A stretch of 64,000 bases of DNA from a virus (taxonomy: Duplodnaviria > Caudoviricetes), in the IMG/VR virus record IMGVR_UViG_3300033121_000493, positions 96,001 to 160,000 of that record; one strand, given 5' to 3'. The notes below the pieces were generated by a model. The model had not been told where the DNA came from and did no database searches. It worked only from the letters and a program-made list of their open reading frames with translations. Shown piece by piece: positions 60,601 through 64,000 of the stretch (position 1 is the stretch's first letter; the number at the start of each line of letters is the position of its first letter). Made by a program: the position numbers and the translations under genes.

Positions 60601-61869
60601 CGCAGTTTTGATCTCGCTCTCAAGGTTTTGTATGCGCGATAAAAATATGGCTCAAAGCTTAATTGGTCGCACGGTATCCACACTTCGCTACACTCGTTAG
60701 CTATTGAAATGTTTTTATGCCAGCTGACATGGCGACACTTTGCTATCTTGTAATTGGCGTGCTCTAGCACTTCTAAAACAACGACACGGCGTACACCGCC
60801 CTCAGCCCACATGAGCTCAGATGCGATATACGCCGTGTCGCCTGGTTTGACATCAGCGACGACAACAGCCTGTTTAAATTTTCTGGCTTGACGCGCCATA
60901 GTCAAAGTACATTAACAAGCTCGTCTGACACTAGTACCCACGTTTGCGGCGGGTCATCAAACGTCTCTATATTTACAGAAAAATTGCCAGACTCTTTACC
61001 AGCCTGCGCAGCTAAGATGCTGACAATTTTTACAAGTTTACCATGCGTGCTGTGACCTTTTTTGTTAACGTAAACTAGACTGCCTTCTTTCAGTCTACTA
61101 CTGTTCTTGTTGTAGTTTGACATCTTGAAGCAACCCGTCGTCACTAGAACAAAGATCATCAAACAATTTAAAATCGGCATCATTATCTGTTTGCATAGCC
61201 TCTACTGTAACCGTAGGCGCAGGAAACTCTGATACAGTTAAGTATTTAGACGATGCGCCTGCGTACTTAGTGGCGTACACTTTATCAAAGTATAGTCCAA
61301 AGTCTCGGGCGGTTCCGTGTACGTTGAATCTGGCGTTCGCTATCTTAAGAATGCAACCTATGATGCGTACAGTTCCGTCCCCGTCAAGCAATCTTACCGA
61401 CAAGACACCAGTTAAATAATCGATCAGAAATTGAAACCTGGAGTCTGACGGCGCAATCTTATTAAAATCACCTTTACCTAACGCTACAGGAACACCTGTC
61501 GGGTCGGCAAAGAAAAACGCTACACCGTTACTGGTGATAAAATGTAAACGATATACACCTTTGTTAATACGGTCGTTATCGGTGTCCACAAATACATTTA
61601 CTTGTGGATATTTTAAGAGTTTATGTTCAGGTATCAGCATCGACAATACCTGCTACTAAATCGTTATCCGCTCGCGTACATTCGCTGTCCTCGACTTCAA
61701 CGGTAAACAGACCACTGGCGATTTTGCCAATAGGTTTACCGGATTTGTCTACAAACTGGATGATAACTGAGGCTGCACTAATAGTTCGCTCTATGTCACT
61801 GGTACTACCAGACATAACAAACATACGCATGCAGCCTTCAATAATAAGAGATACTTCAAATTCACGCAT
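60582..61869 (-). other. Four hypothetical ORFs (60582..60905, 60902..61183, 61098..61646, 61627..61869)
   Basis: Overlapping co-oriented ORFs; the first two look SH3/KOW-like. Confidence 0.6.
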
Positions 61870-61871
61870 GG

Positions 61872-62576
61872 TTACTCGGCTTCAACGACCGCCTTAACCT
61901 GGTCGATACGAGCATCAATTGCCGCTTTAAGCTCTTCAAGTTTAGTCAGCACATCCGTACTAATAGTAATGGTATTCTGCTTAACCTCAGCGTTATCAAT
62001 GCTGTTAACCTTGTCGCCGATACCGTCCAGCCAGCAAATTTGCTCTACGGCTTTATCTGCCGTACGTATGAACTTGGCTAACGCAGCCGTAAGCTTAGCT
62101 GGCTTACGCGATTTTTTAGCCGTTCGCCCGGTGAGCTCGTCAAGCTGGTCTGGAAACTTATCGTTAGTAAGGTTGCCCTCTTTTAGTGCTTCAATAGCTT
62201 TGTTTTGCTTATCTTCGTCCTTAATGGACATAATAAGATTCATCATTCTTATTGACGGCGGGTTGTCAGACTTAGCTAGCGTTTCAATCTCTTCAACCGT
62301 CATCTTACTGGCTAGCCGCATAGACAGTTTAATAGACTGCTTTTTACAGTTAAAATTAGCGGCAATATCGTCTAACGATCGCTGCCCGTAAACGTTAGGC
62401 TTAGTCAAAATAGTATTAGCTGCATTACCGCGTAGATACATTAACTTGATATTAGATCCCTGAACCTGATTTTCTTTCTGCTTGAGCTCTTTGACGCGGT
62501 TAATAAACGCCGTGTTCTGATCCGACGTAATAGCCACAGCCGCTTGCTTAGCAGACTTTTCTTTCTTCTTAGCCAT
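61872..62576 (-). CDS. Hypothetical basic helical protein
   Basis: 234 aa; possible HTH (SLDDIAANFNCKKQSI). Confidence 0.7.
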   Translation of the reverse strand: MAKKKEKSAKQAAVAITSDQNTAFINRVKELKQKENQVQGSNIKLMYLRGNAANTILTKPNVYGQRSLDDIAANFNCKKQSIKLSMRLASKMTVEEIETLAKSDNPPSIRMMNLIMSIKDEDKQNKAIEALKEGNLTNDKFPDQLDELTGRTAKKSRKPAKLTAALAKFIRTADKAVEQICWLDGIGDKVNSIDNAEVKQNTITISTDVLTKLEELKAAIDARIDQVKAVVEAE

Positions 62577-62578
62577 GC

Positions 62579-63880
62579 TTATTCTTCCTCTTTTATCTTA
62601 AACACTTTGCAAACCTGTGCGTCCGATATGCCTGACGCAACTTTAGCTACCTTTTCCCAGTCCAAGTTGACCATCTTACCTGCGATCATATTCAATTGAA
62701 TACGACGAAGATGGTCATCCGTGGCGCGTGCTACACGTGTAAATGCGTTTTGAACAACAAACGCCGACAATTCGGACGTGTTAAGCGCGCTGCGCTCAGC
62801 GGCAGTCGCTACCGCCATTAGCCGAATATCTTTATTAGCCAACATGCCTCTAAAGAAAGATGCGGTAGCAATACACAGCCGCTCTAACGCATACTCGCTA
62901 TCAGTAGTAAAAATAGTAGTCTTTAGCGCAAGCAGTTTTTCAATCGCAATATCGACTAAAGGAATCTGCTCGTGAACAAAATCTTTCAACTTACTACGCA
63001 AGCTATCAATATTCGACACTGCGTTGTGTGTAACGTGCCAGCTAGAATCAAAGACGGAAACGCCTCGATTCCTAACACGAAAAACAAACGGCATAACACC
63101 AGCGCGGCGGTTGCCTACTTCCCCCGAGAAAAAGTACAGACCGCCGCCGTACTCACTCTCTTGCTCTACACGGCAGATGTCAGGCAACAACATCGCACCA
63201 GTAAGCAGATCGCCGTCAAAATACAAATCCGAAACATTACCGGTTGGACATAACTCAAATAATTGCTCCATGAGCCACAGATGACTAATGTCATCTCTGA
63301 AAGCCGAGTTAAGAACAGCTCTAGCGGCCCAATTGTTAGGCCACACGCCAGACACATCTGGCTTAAGCATACGCAGCTTAATTTGTTTATGCTGTCGGTC
63401 TTTGGTAACAAACTTCTTATTAAACTCGGCGCACAAGTGCTCCAAAAGAAGTTTAGCTGTTTCTAGCCCACGCTCGGCGTTTGGATTTCCAAGCGTACGA
63501 AGAAAAGTACCAGACAGTGACTTAATATGAGTGTTTGTGACGATAAACCGAGACAGCGTGTTAAAGAAGGCTGGCGACATTTTCATCGTACGGTCGCCAA
63601 GCTTTAACTGTATCTGACGCTCGTCAATAACAAACTGCAAATCACTAACAAATCGTACTTCATCGTGTATGAGCGATGAGAACCGCTTAACGTTGAGAAC
63701 TACGTCGGAGCACGGCAATGTGTTTGCGGCAACGTGTCCTGTCAGAGTATCGAGCCCGTCTACAGTCTGAACGCGTAACTTAGCGCGATCAAACTGAGAC
63801 AATTTAGGTATTTTCTTAGCACGCTCGATGAGTGTGCCTGTTTCTTTTATTGGCGCTGGAGCGACAGTCAAAGTAGTCAT
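62579..63880 (-). CDS. DUF932-like protein
   Basis: ARAVLNSAF, GGLYFFSGEVG...VMPFVFR resemble DUF932 motifs RAxLSxxY and NSEVG..PFxxRLVC. Confidence 0.55.
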   Translation of the reverse strand: MTTLTVAPAPIKETGTLIERAKKIPKLSQFDRAKLRVQTVDGLDTLTGHVAANTLPCSDVVLNVKRFSSLIHDEVRFVSDLQFVIDERQIQLKLGDRTMKMSPAFFNTLSRFIVTNTHIKSLSGTFLRTLGNPNAERGLETAKLLLEHLCAEFNKKFVTKDRQHKQIKLRMLKPDVSGVWPNNWAARAVLNSAFRDDISHLWLMEQLFELCPTGNVSDLYFDGDLLTGAMLLPDICRVEQESEYGGGLYFFSGEVGNRRAGVMPFVFRVRNRGVSVFDSSWHVTHNAVSNIDSLRSKLKDFVHEQIPLVDIAIEKLLALKTTIFTTDSEYALERLCIATASFFRGMLANKDIRLMAVATAAERSALNTSELSAFVVQNAFTRVARATDDHLRRIQLNMIAGKMVNLDWEKVAKVASGISDAQVCKVFKIKEEE

Positions 63881-64000
63881 GTTTCACCATGTGTATAGCT
63901 ATATAGCCGGAGTCCACGAGAATCGTAAGATGTTTACAAAATCTTTAAATGGCTGCATTATGAGTTGTGTATGTTTAGTGTTCCAGGTCAGCATAGTGCC

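Overview
This 64-kb window looks like part of a large tailed (jumbo-type) bacteriophage genome of about 40-45% GC, with essentially all genes on the minus strand and the standard genetic code. Recognisable genes include the 5' end of an RpoB-like RNA polymerase subunit, a radical SAM enzyme, a metallophosphoesterase, a putative portal, RuvC, a DEDDh exonuclease, an intein-containing class II ribonucleotide reductase (NrdJ), ThyX, Tmk, MazG, a DUF932-like protein and three beta-helix proteins. An approximately 11-kb cluster holds eight glycosyltransferases, a methyltransferase and a degenerate GmhA. There are nine tRNAs (seven with U34 anticodons for A-ending codons) plus one tRNA-like RNA with a shortened anticodon arm. 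The host is probably high-GC, possibly a planctomycete (inference only). The most unusual elements are: (i) structured non-coding elements between the tRNAs, namely a ~265-nt element with three mutually crossing perfect 10-bp helices and two ~60-nt paralogous hairpins with a conserved scaffold and variable internal loops; (ii) a block of putative head-internal proteins sharing an L-x-E-L-I-x-K-x-A / K-x-A motif, one carrying an Acb1-like 2H phosphoesterase that ends exactly at such a site; (iii) two minigenes with perfect Shine-Dalgarno sequences; (iv) tandem arrays of highly diverged paralogues (including 11 zinc-ribbon genes) that keep near-identical ~40-bp DNA blocks only at gene ends. All functional calls come from motif recognition by eye; no database search was run.
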